A model generated the notes under the pieces. It was not told where the DNA came from, searched no databases, and worked only from the letters and a program-made list of their open reading frames with translations. The position numbers were made by a program, and so were the translations under genes. A DNA stretch of 64,000 nt from Candidatus Poribacteria bacterium (GTDB lineage Bacteria > Poribacteria > WGA-4E > PCPOR2b), in contig OZ244042.1 in NCBI GenBank assembly GCA_965215015.1, positions 5,536,001 through 5,600,000 on the forward strand, given 5' to 3'. Shown piece by piece: positions 30,940 through 40,447 of this stretch. Each line of letters begins with the position of its first letter. Within the stretch, counting starts at the first letter, position 1.

Positions 30940-33237
30940 ATGTCAGAATATGCAGTTTTGGGCAAAAGAGTACCGCGAGTTGATGCCCTCGAAAAAGTCA
31001 CGGGTGCGGCACAGTATGGAGGGGATGTTCACCTACCCGGTATGGTTCATGGGAAATTTATTCGCAGCAAACACCCGCACGCAAAGATCCTGAATATTGA
31101 TACAAGCGAAGCTGAAAAGCTGCCCGGTGTGCGGGCTATCATCACCCAAGAGGATGTCGAGAGTGGACGACGGGTGTTTGCTTCTGACAAAGTCCTATAT
31201 CTCGGTGAACCGATTGCAGCCGTTGCGGCAACAGATCCGGATATCGCAGAAGAAGCTGCGGATCTGATCCAGATCGATTACGAAGTGCTCCCCGCTGTTC
31301 AGGATGTGATGGAAGCTATTCAACCTAACGCGCCACGTCTGCACAGCGATGATACAAAAGACGGCCCCGCCCGTCGAGCGATTAAAGCCGACTTAAGAAA
31401 GCTTGAACGGGACAAATCGCAAGACCACAGTGCAGAGATTGCCGAGTTAAACGCACAGTTGGCAGGGATTGAAGAGGATATCTATTACAATATCTCCGCT
31501 GAAACGCATTCTGCGAGCGGTGATGTAGAACAAGGCTTCGCCGAATCGGATCTGGTTGTGGAAGATACATATGTCATCCCACGGGTACATCAGACCTACA
31601 TGGAGCCACACGTTTCCGTCGCTGATGTCGATTCCACTGGAAAGGTGACAGTGTGGGCAAGCACCCAGGGACCCTTCGCTATCCGATCCGGCATAGCGGG
31701 CACACTTGGCATTCCGCTCAATCAGATTAACGTCATCCCGACGACGATGGGCGGTGGATTTGGTGGACGTTTCGGCGTTGTGCTCACGCATGTGCCCGCT
31801 GTTCTCCTCTCTCAGAAGACAGGCCGTCCGGTAAAGATTCAAATGACCCGCGAGGAGGAGTTTACCGATGGACGGCCGGCACCGGGCTGTGTGATTAAGT
31901 TAAAGACCGGCGTGAAGAACGATGGCACCATCCTCGCCCGCGAAGGGCTGGCTTTTTGGGATTCCGGCTCCGTATCGGGTGCCTCAATCGGCAGTACCAT
32001 CCGCCTGCGTGGCGTCTATAAATTCCCACATCTAAAGGTTGATGCGTATGGCGTCTACACAAACAAGTCTGGCACCGCCGCCTATCGCGCGCCGGGAACA
32101 CCGCAAGTGGCGTTTGCTGGCGAATCTCAGCTTGACAAGATAGCCCGTAAACTCAACCTAGATCCGGTTGAATTTCGCCTCAAAAATATGCGGGCCGAGG
32201 GTGATCCGGTGCCTGCGGGCCCGAAAGAGCCCAAAGTCGGTTACAAAGAAACCCTGCAAGCGGTCGCGGATGCGGTGGATTGGAAGAATCGCACGAAGGG
32301 ACCGAACCAAGGTTGGGGCGTAGCAATCGGTGATTGGACAAATGGTTGTGGGCCGGGCGGGATGTTCGTCTCTATCCACGAAGATGGAAGCGCGCGAATC
32401 TTCCACGGTTCGATAGACATCACCGGCACAGATACCGCCCTCGCCCAAATTGTCGCCGAGATTTTGACGCTTCCCTATGAGGAAGTTACAATCTCACGGG
32501 GCGACACCGATTCAGCACCCTATGCCACCGGCTCCGGTGGCAGTGTTGTCACCTTCACAATGGGCAATACCGCCAAGCTCGCTGCAGAGGATACACGAAA
32601 ACGCCTCCTTGAGCTCGCCGCCGAACGGTTAAACACCGAGGTTGAATCCCTTGAACTCAAAGATGGAAAGGTTTCAACTATCGTGGGCGATCCACCGAAG
32701 TCAATTGGGTTCGGCGAATTGGCTGCATACAGTCTCTCAACAACGGGTGGTCCTATCGTCGGTAAAGGTTCCTTTGCACGAAAACCTTCAACACCCGCCC
32801 TTGCAGCACAAATCGCTAAGGTCGAGATTGATCCAGAGACCGGCAGAATCAAGGTGCTAAAAATGGCGTCCTCACAGGATGTCGGCTTTGCCATTAACCC
32901 GATGGCAGTCGAAGGTCAGATTGAGGGCGGCACGGTGCAAGGCTACGCTTGGGCGACTATGGAGGAGATGCAGTATGATGAGAAGGGCAACGTGAATCCG
33001 GGCTTCGTCGATTATCGTGTGCCGACCTCCGCGGATCTTCCCACCGTTGAGTCCGTTATTGTTGAAGTGGAGGCACCCGATGGGCCATTCGGCGCGAAGG
33101 GGGTCGGTGAACCGCCAATCACCCCAACGTTGGCAACCATGGCAAATGCTGTCACCGACGCGGTTGGTATCCGGATTACTGAACTTCCAATGAAACCGGA
33201 GAAGGTTGTCGCTGCGTTGCATGACAACGGGCAGTAG
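30940..33237 (+). CDS. Xanthine dehydrogenase family molybdopterin subunit
   Basis: GGGFGGR, AYRAPG, GQIEGG, GAKGVGE. Confidence 0.95.
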   Translation: MSEYAVLGKRVPRVDALEKVTGAAQYGGDVHLPGMVHGKFIRSKHPHAKILNIDTSEAEKLPGVRAIITQEDVESGRRVFASDKVLYLGEPIAAVAATDPDIAEEAADLIQIDYEVLPAVQDVMEAIQPNAPRLHSDDTKDGPARRAIKADLRKLERDKSQDHSAEIAELNAQLAGIEEDIYYNISAETHSASGDVEQGFAESDLVVEDTYVIPRVHQTYMEPHVSVADVDSTGKVTVWASTQGPFAIRSGIAGTLGIPLNQINVIPTTMGGGFGGRFGVVLTHVPAVLLSQKTGRPVKIQMTREEEFTDGRPAPGCVIKLKTGVKNDGTILAREGLAFWDSGSVSGASIGSTIRLRGVYKFPHLKVDAYGVYTNKSGTAAYRAPGTPQVAFAGESQLDKIARKLNLDPVEFRLKNMRAEGDPVPAGPKEPKVGYKETLQAVADAVDWKNRTKGPNQGWGVAIGDWTNGCGPGGMFVSIHEDGSARIFHGSIDITGTDTALAQIVAEILTLPYEEVTISRGDTDSAPYATGSGGSVVTFTMGNTAKLAAEDTRKRLLELAAERLNTEVESLELKDGKVSTIVGDPPKSIGFGELAAYSLSTTGGPIVGKGSFARKPSTPALAAQIAKVEIDPETGRIKVLKMASSQDVGFAINPMAVEGQIEGGTVQGYAWATMEEMQYDEKGNVNPGFVDYRVPTSADLPTVESVIVEVEAPDGPFGAKGVGEPPITPTLATMANAVTDAVGIRITELPMKPEKVVAALHDNGQ

Positions 33238-33252
33238 AAACAGAAACGATTC

Positions 33253-33296
33253 ACCGGTAGGGGCTCGGCATGGCCAGTCTCTACCGGTTTTTTTTT
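33253..33296 (+). terminator. Intrinsic terminator
   Basis: ACCGGTAG...CTACCGGT stem followed by a T run. Confidence 0.8.
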
Positions 33297-33302
33297 GGGC
33301 AT

Positions 33303-33652
33303 TCATTTCCTTTGGGGAATGCAGATTTGCGTCCTCTACCCGCCGAAACTACCTTGCTCGCAACCTACCCCAATCCATTTAACCCGGAAACTTGAATTCC
33401 CTATCACCTTGCCCATGCTGCCAATGTAATGCTTACAATTTACAATACAAAAAGCGTGGTGGCCAGTTAGAGCTTGGGCATCAGATGGCAGGCTATTATA
33501 CAGATTGGATCAAGGCGGCGTATTGGAATGGACCCAGCAACTTAGGAGTGGGAAGGGGTGTCTATTTCTATCAGTTGCTGATTGAAAACTGTCAGTCGGA
33601 AACTGGAGCGGAGAGTTCCTCTGCCACACAAAAAATGGTCATCCTAAAGTAG
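33303..33652 (+). pseudogene. Decayed C-terminal sorting (FlgD-Ig/T9SS-A-like) domain
   Basis: PAETTLLATYPNPFNPET*IPYHLA with TGA at 33393 in place of Trp. Frameshift near 33460, then LELGHQMAGYY..AAYWNG..GVYFYQL..TQKMVILK. Confidence 0.8.
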
Positions 33653-33675
33653 GGAGATAGTTGGGCATTTATCCT

Positions 33676-35703
33676 TTAGTAGGATTGTTCGTCACGTAAC
33701 ACACGGCGCATAATTTTGTTGGAAGCGGTTCGGGGCAGGGCCTCGACAACGATAACATCGTGAATCCGAAAGAGCGGATTGAGATGATTTCGGATCGCTG
33801 ACTGTAGGGAAGCGGTCAGCGAACCGGTATCGGCTCCCGGCAAAAGTACGGCATAAATGACCAGCTGGCTGGGACCGCTGTCAGGCGGAGATACGGCAAT
33901 CGCTGCGACTTCTCGAATGCCGCTCACGGAATTGAGGACTCCCTCAATCTCCGTCGAACTGACTTTGATGCCGCCGAGATTCATTGTGTCATCCACGCGC
34001 CCGTGGATACGGTAGTAACCGTCAGCCAACCGTTCCACCCCATCCCCATGACGACGGAGAAGTACCCCCTTCGGGGTTTGGGGAGTTCCCTCAAAATATA
34101 CTTCGTGGTGGTCTTTATTTAATAACTCGGTAGAAAGTCCAATGGAAGGCGGTATCACAAAAACCTCTCCGTTGTTGCTCGATTGACCCTCCTCATCGCA
34201 GATGGCTATATCCAGTCCCAAGGCGGGTGTTGTAAACGTCGCCGGGGCGGCAGGTTGAACAGTTGTGCCGGTGAGATAACCACCGCCTATCTCGGTGCCG
34301 CCGCAATACTCGATAATCGGACGATATCCCGCCAAGGACATCAGAAACAGCATATCTTCCGAGTTAGAACACTCACCTGTGGAGCTGAAGGCTTTGATCG
34401 CGTGCCAATCAAGCCCTTTCATACAGGCCGTGTTTTTCCAACCTCTCACCAGACTTGGCACGACGCCGAGCATTGTAACGCGAGCGTTCTGCACAAACTC
34501 GCCAAATTCCCTTTCCGTCGGGGCACCATCGTATAACGCAATCGTCGCCTGATTGATTAAACTAGCGTAGATGAGCCAGGGCCCCATCATCCATCCAAGG
34601 TTTGTGGGCCAAGCCAGCACGTCTCCCTGCTGAATATCGTGATGCAGGCACGCATCCGCGGCACATTTAATGGGCGTAGTTTGCGTCCACGGAATCGCTT
34701 TGGGTTCTCCCGTTGTGCCCGAAGAAAACAGAATATTCGTGTGGTCATGTGGATCACAGCCAATTGCATCAAACCGATCGCTATCGCTGAGAAACTCTTC
34801 CCAAGTCAAATCGCCGTTTCGCAATTTAATCGGAGAGTCCTCTCCACGGCAGAGCACAATCGCTTTTGGTGCTTTCGCATCAACGACCTTCGCATATAAC
34901 GGCAACTGTCTCCCAGCGCGGCGGATATAGTCCTGAGTGAAAATCCCTTTCGCATTCGTGATGTGCAGACGCGTCTGAATCTCATCCGGCGCGAAACTAT
35001 CGGCGATCGAAATCACGGCACCACCTGCTTTGATGATGCCCAGATAGATGGGGACCGATTCAGCGTGCATCGGCATATTAATAGCGATAGCATCGCCCTG
35101 CTGGAAACCGGCATCCGCCAATCCATTGGCAACCCGATCAGTAAGTGCCTTGAGCTCACCGTAAGTCATTGTTGAAAGCGTCAAACCTTCTGACTGAAAC
35201 ACAATCGCGGTGGCATCACTTGGCGCATTAAAACAGCTCTCGACGATGTTAAGCTGTGCTTCCACGAGCCACTTAGGAAACTCAATTCCCTTAGACAGAT
35301 CAACTACCTCGCTGAATTCCTGACGGAATTGAATCCCAAGCCGCTCAATCATCAACTTCCAAAAATCGGATCGATGGTGTGTCGACCATGAATGGAGAGC
35401 CTCGTAAGAATCGAGATTGAGTTCTCTCATCACCGCCGCAATGTTTGTTTTTTGAACCTCAGCTTCAGCCGGAAACCAGGCGGGGGCAGCCACGCCCCCC
35501 CAGTTGGCAAAAACGGTATCGTAGAGGAGCTGATGAAGCGCGAATGGATGGTCAGGGGTTAAAATGGTTTGCGAGATTTCTACCCAACAGGCTGCGGCTG
35601 GGAGTGATGCAAGTAATGGATTGATACGCTTTAGCAGGTGCTCCGATGTCAGTTGGTCCAATCCACATTCGGTGAGGTTTTCACGCGTCAATTGCTTTGC
35701 CAT
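33676..35703 (-). CDS. Acyl-CoA synthetase (acetate-CoA ligase-like AMP-binding enzyme)
   Basis: FSSGTTGEPK, EYCGGTE, GRVDD, LPRTASNKIMRR. Confidence 0.92.
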   Translation of the reverse strand: MAKQLTRENLTECGLDQLTSEHLLKRINPLLASLPAAACWVEISQTILTPDHPFALHQLLYDTVFANWGGVAAPAWFPAEAEVQKTNIAAVMRELNLDSYEALHSWSTHHRSDFWKLMIERLGIQFRQEFSEVVDLSKGIEFPKWLVEAQLNIVESCFNAPSDATAIVFQSEGLTLSTMTYGELKALTDRVANGLADAGFQQGDAIAINMPMHAESVPIYLGIIKAGGAVISIADSFAPDEIQTRLHITNAKGIFTQDYIRRAGRQLPLYAKVVDAKAPKAIVLCRGEDSPIKLRNGDLTWEEFLSDSDRFDAIGCDPHDHTNILFSSGTTGEPKAIPWTQTTPIKCAADACLHHDIQQGDVLAWPTNLGWMMGPWLIYASLINQATIALYDGAPTEREFGEFVQNARVTMLGVVPSLVRGWKNTACMKGLDWHAIKAFSSTGECSNSEDMLFLMSLAGYRPIIEYCGGTEIGGGYLTGTTVQPAAPATFTTPALGLDIAICDEEGQSSNNGEVFVIPPSIGLSTELLNKDHHEVYFEGTPQTPKGVLLRRHGDGVERLADGYYRIHGRVDDTMNLGGIKVSSTEIEGVLNSVSGIREVAAIAVSPPDSGPSQLVIYAVLLPGADTGSLTASLQSAIRNHLNPLFRIHDVIVVEALPRTASNKIMRRVLRDEQSY

Positions 35704-35811
35704 TAAAGGTGACCTCCTGTAAATCGCTAACGCCAACATTTTAGCAGAAAGTCGAGGTGAAAGCAACAAAATGCCGAAAACTAAATGCCCTACCCTGCCT
35801 TTTGAATCGTC

Positions 35812-35840
35812 TTGACAGCATTTCTACAACCAAGTAAAAT
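35812..35840 (+). promoter_or_regulatory. Putative sigma70 promoter of the PglZ-domain gene
   Basis: TTGACA-17 nt-TAAAAT. Confidence 0.65.
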
Positions 35841-35893
35841 ATGCAAAGTGTATCTTGGCTTTTGCACAATTCCCACCGAGGCGTATCGGAATC

Positions 35894-38305
35894 ATGCTCA
35901 CTGACAGATCAGAAGATTGGGTTGACAGTTCTTGGATTGGAAACTATTTGACAGATTCAGTCCCTACCGCGGGTCCCTGGCTCTTCATCCATGATACGTC
36001 GTGTATCTTCCCAACGCTTCATGTTTTAAAATTCTCCAACCGCGAATACGAAGTCATCTTTTTCGAGGGCGACCTGCGGATACGGCAGAGTTTGGAGCGT
36101 TACAAAGATAACCCGGAGGCGTTTGCTGCGTGTATTGTCTCTTGCCAACGGCATGAGATAAATCTGCAAATTCTTGACTACATTGTGCGGAGTCAATCTG
36201 TTGAGGTAACGCCGCAATCAATTCTAGAATTTGCCCAGCCGGGGTACAGTTGGCCCCATTCAGTCAACCAATTGTGCGGCGATGATTTTTGGACGCTTTT
36301 TGAACGGCTTCAAGCATACCGCCTAAACTATCCCCGCTCTATGACGCCCGCTGAAGCAACGAACCTTCTGCTTTCGACTCAACTGGATATCGATTTGCGA
36401 GCCAACCTATCGGTCCGGGAAGCCATAGAGATATGGCAGCAGATGGAAAGAGATACAGATTTAATTGGGTGGGGAGAGAAATATCCTCGATTGTTTCAAT
36501 CGTTAAATCTCAAGGTTCGTGCCGCACTGCCTCTGATGGACAAGCTGGAGGGTGATGCAGATTTTGTTCATTTTCTCTGGACTTCGTACTCATTGGCGCA
36601 GCATAATAAGGATTACGACCTCTTCCTTCCTGAAATCTTCGGAAATACGATTTGGAAGAAGTATGGGAATACCCCACCGGAGGAGATATGGAACGCTTGT
36701 CCTCAACTGATCCGAAGTGATCCGGAACGGGTCATGGACCAGATTAGGCAGACAGAAATCTGGTTGACCCAAGACCAACAGCGGCTTGAACTCTTCCAGC
36801 GGTGGGTAGGGGTTGATGCTTCCAATCTAAGCAAAACGGTGGAATATCTAAAAAAAGAGATTCTTTTTTGCGTTCCGGTGCATGAAGCCTTGCGCCTGCT
36901 TGCTGCACGGTTCTGTCGTTTTCCTGAATCGTTGGATGCGGTTGACATACACGAAATTATTGAAAACATTCAGCGACGCCATCTGTTTAAGGGGAATACC
37001 GCAAACTATCTGCGTATTAAAGATACGTTCCGGACATTTGCCGATCTGGTTGCGTTGAATCAGTTAATCGCAAAGGTAGAACGCAAGAGTTGGTTAGTTG
37101 AGGAAGATCGGAAGGGAACACAAAATCAGGTTGCTTTAAATCCCGATGAAATCAGGGATGTAGAGGACTGGGGGGAAAATGTGTATCCGGCACACCTCTC
37201 AAAGCTGGAGTTGATGGCGGCCGAGCTGGAACAACTGAACCTCCAGTGTGATTTTTTGCCTAATCCTGTGATTGATCAGATTTTAGGGCGCGTCAAGGGA
37301 TTGATAGATGAATATAACATAAAATTCGCCCAACGGATTGCAACCGCCTTCCCTGTGTGGACAGCCTCAAATAGAGATCAGCCGCTGCTGACTGTCGACT
37401 TCTTGGAGCTGCTTTTTTTGCCCCGTTATCAGCAATACCTCAGCGACAGGTCCCAGTCCGCTTACATCTTCATGTTCGATGGGATGAGGTGGGATACTTG
37501 GGAGACAATCAAACCGAAGGTATTGGGTACGTTTCAAGGACGACTTGCCCTCGACGGTGTTTTTCCGTTGGTTTCGCTTTTGCCTTCGACGACGGGACAT
37601 AACAAATACGCCATTTTTACGGGAGAGCTTCCGAGCGAGGAGGCGGACAACGATTGGCAGAGTGGGCTGGTATCTGCTTTTCAAAAACATGGTATCTATG
37701 GCGCACGATGGATAAGCGCCAGCGGAAACAATCAGGCGGAGATCCTTGCTCTCATTGAGGCAGATGATGTTCCTGTCAAGGTTTTCAATTTTACGTTCAT
37801 TGATCAGAAACTTCAGCAGGGGACGCAAAACCTGTCCACGGTTTATGAGGAGATTAAGGTCAACTTTGACCTCTTGGTCCAGCCGTATCTTGATCGAATT
37901 CCGAGTGATTCACTTATATTCCTGGTTTCCGATCGCGGTTTTATTGAATCTACAGAGTATCAGGAGCTTTCGGCGGACGCCTTTCAAATGCCCTCTGGCA
38001 CCTTGCACCATCAACGCTACCTTGGCTTATCAAGTCCCCCTCCCCGGACAAATTTAGCGGATTTTGTCTTTTTCAGTGCGAACCAAATCGGCTTACAACC
38101 TACCGAGGATACATCGCATTATGGGTTTGCGACGGGACGTACGCAGATCCTGCCTTCTACCGATATGCAACCCCAAAACCGCTTTGTGCCGCTTGAACGG
38201 TCCCGTTATGTGCACGGTGGCATCTCCATACAGGAGATGATTATACCGTGTGTGGTTTTTGTACCGACAGCAAAAGGGCAGTTGGAAATCTTCCTACCAC
38301 AATGA
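35894..38305 (+). CDS. PglZ-domain protein (alkaline phosphatase superfamily)
   Basis: C-terminal FDGMRWD, LLPSTT..AIFTG, VSDRGF, YVHGGISIQEMIIP. Confidence 0.8.
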   Translation: MLTDRSEDWVDSSWIGNYLTDSVPTAGPWLFIHDTSCIFPTLHVLKFSNREYEVIFFEGDLRIRQSLERYKDNPEAFAACIVSCQRHEINLQILDYIVRSQSVEVTPQSILEFAQPGYSWPHSVNQLCGDDFWTLFERLQAYRLNYPRSMTPAEATNLLLSTQLDIDLRANLSVREAIEIWQQMERDTDLIGWGEKYPRLFQSLNLKVRAALPLMDKLEGDADFVHFLWTSYSLAQHNKDYDLFLPEIFGNTIWKKYGNTPPEEIWNACPQLIRSDPERVMDQIRQTEIWLTQDQQRLELFQRWVGVDASNLSKTVEYLKKEILFCVPVHEALRLLAARFCRFPESLDAVDIHEIIENIQRRHLFKGNTANYLRIKDTFRTFADLVALNQLIAKVERKSWLVEEDRKGTQNQVALNPDEIRDVEDWGENVYPAHLSKLELMAAELEQLNLQCDFLPNPVIDQILGRVKGLIDEYNIKFAQRIATAFPVWTASNRDQPLLTVDFLELLFLPRYQQYLSDRSQSAYIFMFDGMRWDTWETIKPKVLGTFQGRLALDGVFPLVSLLPSTTGHNKYAIFTGELPSEEADNDWQSGLVSAFQKHGIYGARWISASGNNQAEILALIEADDVPVKVFNFTFIDQKLQQGTQNLSTVYEEIKVNFDLLVQPYLDRIPSDSLIFLVSDRGFIESTEYQELSADAFQMPSGTLHHQRYLGLSSPPPRTNLADFVFFSANQIGLQPTEDTSHYGFATGRTQILPSTDMQPQNRFVPLERSRYVHGGISIQEMIIPCVVFVPTAKGQLEIFLPQ

Positions 38306-38333
38306 ACACGATGCGCTCATGGAGGATATGAAT

Positions 38334-39500
38334 ATGGACATCTTAAGTATTTGGGCATACATTTGGGATGTTATTGATGAAGACATTGATTCTCTCATTT
38401 CGACCCTCAAGAACGAAATTGGCTTGAACACACTGGGTGTTGCGACATGTTATCATAGCGTCGATCACTTGCGCCTTCATCGTTTGGAGAACAACTTTTA
38501 TAGTTCGCAGGCGGCGATCTATTTTCAACCGGATCGATCTCTGTATAGAAACACCCGAATTGAACCGCCTGTGTCGCCACTGGCGGAAAAAATCAACCCG
38601 CTGCGGAGCATCTCCGACGGGTGTGAGCGGCACAGCATGAAACTCTCATCATGGACGGTGTGCCTTCACAATTCAACGATTGGACGAAATCATCCAGAGG
38701 TGGCGCAGCGTGATATCTTTGGCAATCCGTGCTGGCATGCCCTCTGTCCTGCAAATGAAGATGTACGCGAGTATATGCGGGCACTTGTGACGGACTTGAC
38801 GACAAACTACAATTTCGCCACCGTCGAGTTGGAGTCATGTGATTATCAAGGGGGGCGTCATCACCACGGGCATGAGAAGATTGGCATCCCCCTCGGAGAA
38901 ACAGATCGCCTCCTGCTTGGGCTATGCTTCTGCGGAAGTTGTCGCAAGCGTGGAAGGGCGGAAGGGATTGATGTTACCGCTCTTGCAAACGGCGTGAGAT
39001 CGGAGTTGGCAGCCAGTTTTGAGTCCGGGAATCCGATCCAGATTGGGTTTGATGAATTTTGTGATAAAGTCCCTGAAACACCTGCATATCTCAAAATGCG
39101 CGAATCCACTGTCAGTTCGCTCATTGCAGAGATTAAATCCGTTTCCAAAGCCTCAATTTCATCAATGGCGATGGGAGATCGGCGATATTCGGGTCTCAAC
39201 ACGGACCGGGTCCGGGACATTGCCGATTGGTTCGAGATTCTGTGCTACACACCGTCAAGGGAGAGCGTTGAAACGTCTGTAGAAAACGCCACAGCGTTGA
39301 TGAACGGAGAGGTGGATCGGGTCTGGGTTGGCGTCTGTGCATATCCGCCAGCAAGCCCAAACGCCGAGACACTTGCCGCAAATGTCAAAGCGGTAGCAGG
39401 ACTCGGCGTCCGTGCGGTATCTTTCTACAACTACGGGATTATGCCCAAACGTAACCTGCAATGGGTCAAGGCTGCAATTGAAAGCATTGAGCGATTATAG
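38334..39500 (+). CDS. Hypothetical TIM-barrel protein, glycoside-hydrolase-like
   Basis: CYHS, SWTVCLHN, LCPAN, HHHGHEK, CFCGSC, FYNYG. GGAGG RBS. Confidence 0.6.
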   Translation: MDILSIWAYIWDVIDEDIDSLISTLKNEIGLNTLGVATCYHSVDHLRLHRLENNFYSSQAAIYFQPDRSLYRNTRIEPPVSPLAEKINPLRSISDGCERHSMKLSSWTVCLHNSTIGRNHPEVAQRDIFGNPCWHALCPANEDVREYMRALVTDLTTNYNFATVELESCDYQGGRHHHGHEKIGIPLGETDRLLLGLCFCGSCRKRGRAEGIDVTALANGVRSELAASFESGNPIQIGFDEFCDKVPETPAYLKMRESTVSSLIAEIKSVSKASISSMAMGDRRYSGLNTDRVRDIADWFEILCYTPSRESVETSVENATALMNGEVDRVWVGVCAYPPASPNAETLAANVKAVAGLGVRAVSFYNYGIMPKRNLQWVKAAIESIERL

Positions 39501-39527
39501 TTGTCACATTTTACAGGAGGTTACCGT

Positions 39528-40277
39528 ATGAGATTTGAGGGAAGAGTTGCGCTAGTGACGGGTGCCAGTCGTGGCATTGGCAGGGCAACGGCGATAAAGC
39601 TAGCCAGCGAGGGTGCCGATGTTGCGGTGCATTATGTGAGATCGGCGAAGCCGGCAGAAGTGGTTTGCGAGGAGGTCCATGCGCTTGGACGACGTGCAAT
39701 TGCCCTTCAGGCTGACATTGCAGACCGTGCCGCGGTCAACGAAATGGTCGCACAGTCTACAGCGGCACTCGGTTCCATCGAGCTACTTGTGAATAACGCC
39801 GGCGATGTCGGCAATATGGATTTTGATCAACTTACGCCCGAACACTGGGATCAGATTATTGGAATTAATTTGACGGGCCCCTTCAACGTCATCTGGGCGG
39901 TTAAGGACGGGATGGTGCAGCAGCAGTTTGGGCGGATTGTCAATGTCTCATCAATCGCGGCGTTGGCTCCGCGCCCCAATCAGTTCGCCTATGCAGCGGC
40001 AAAAGCAGGTGTAATCTCCTTCACAAAGTCTGCCTGCGACCCATTAGCCTCGCATAACATCCGGATAAACTCACTTGCCCCCGGTGCCATAGATACGGAT
40101 ATGATTCACGAGATCTCGCCGGAGATGCTTGAACATCTGCGTTCAACCACGCCGCTGCAACGTTTGGGTACGCCCGAAGAGATGGCAAATGTCATCGCGT
40201 TCCTGCTCAGCGAAGACGCCAGTTATATGACCGGCGCGACCATCATCGCTAGCGGGGGACGGGTGCTGTTCCCGTAA
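39528..40277 (+). CDS. Short-chain dehydrogenase/reductase
   Basis: TGASRGIG, NNAG, YAAAK. Confidence 0.95.
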   Translation: MRFEGRVALVTGASRGIGRATAIKLASEGADVAVHYVRSAKPAEVVCEEVHALGRRAIALQADIADRAAVNEMVAQSTAALGSIELLVNNAGDVGNMDFDQLTPEHWDQIIGINLTGPFNVIWAVKDGMVQQQFGRIVNVSSIAALAPRPNQFAYAAAKAGVISFTKSACDPLASHNIRINSLAPGAIDTDMIHEISPEMLEHLRSTTPLQRLGTPEEMANVIAFLLSEDASYMTGATIIASGGRVLFP

Positions 40278-40300
40278 AGTATGGATCAATTCCGCATAGT

Positions 40301-40446
40301 TAGGTTCTGTTGACAATTGGCTTATAGATAGATGGAGTGAAACCCAACGCCACCCCCGTAGGTCGGGCATCTTGCCCGGTCCAATACCGGCGGGTAGCCT
40401 GTAGGTCGAGATTCATATCTCGACACCCAAATGTTAACATGCTCTA
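40301..40446. mobile_element. Second member of the TGTTGACA-ended MITE-like family, with internal GTAG REPs
   Basis: TAGGTTCTGTTGACAATTGG...CCAAATGTTAACATGCTCTA. Internal GTAGGTCGAGATTCATATCTCGACA matches 29036-29060 inverted (23/25). Confidence 0.55.
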
Positions 40447-40447
40447 G

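Noticed and set aside
29396-33237. Aerobic CO dehydrogenase (coxMSL)
   Set aside because: The active-site loop is AYRAPG, not AYxCSFR (form I) or AYxGAGR (form II).
33393-33395. TGA at a conserved Trp position suggesting an alternative genetic code
   Set aside because: The same remnant also has a frameshift. Many intact genes here end in TGA and use TGG for Trp.
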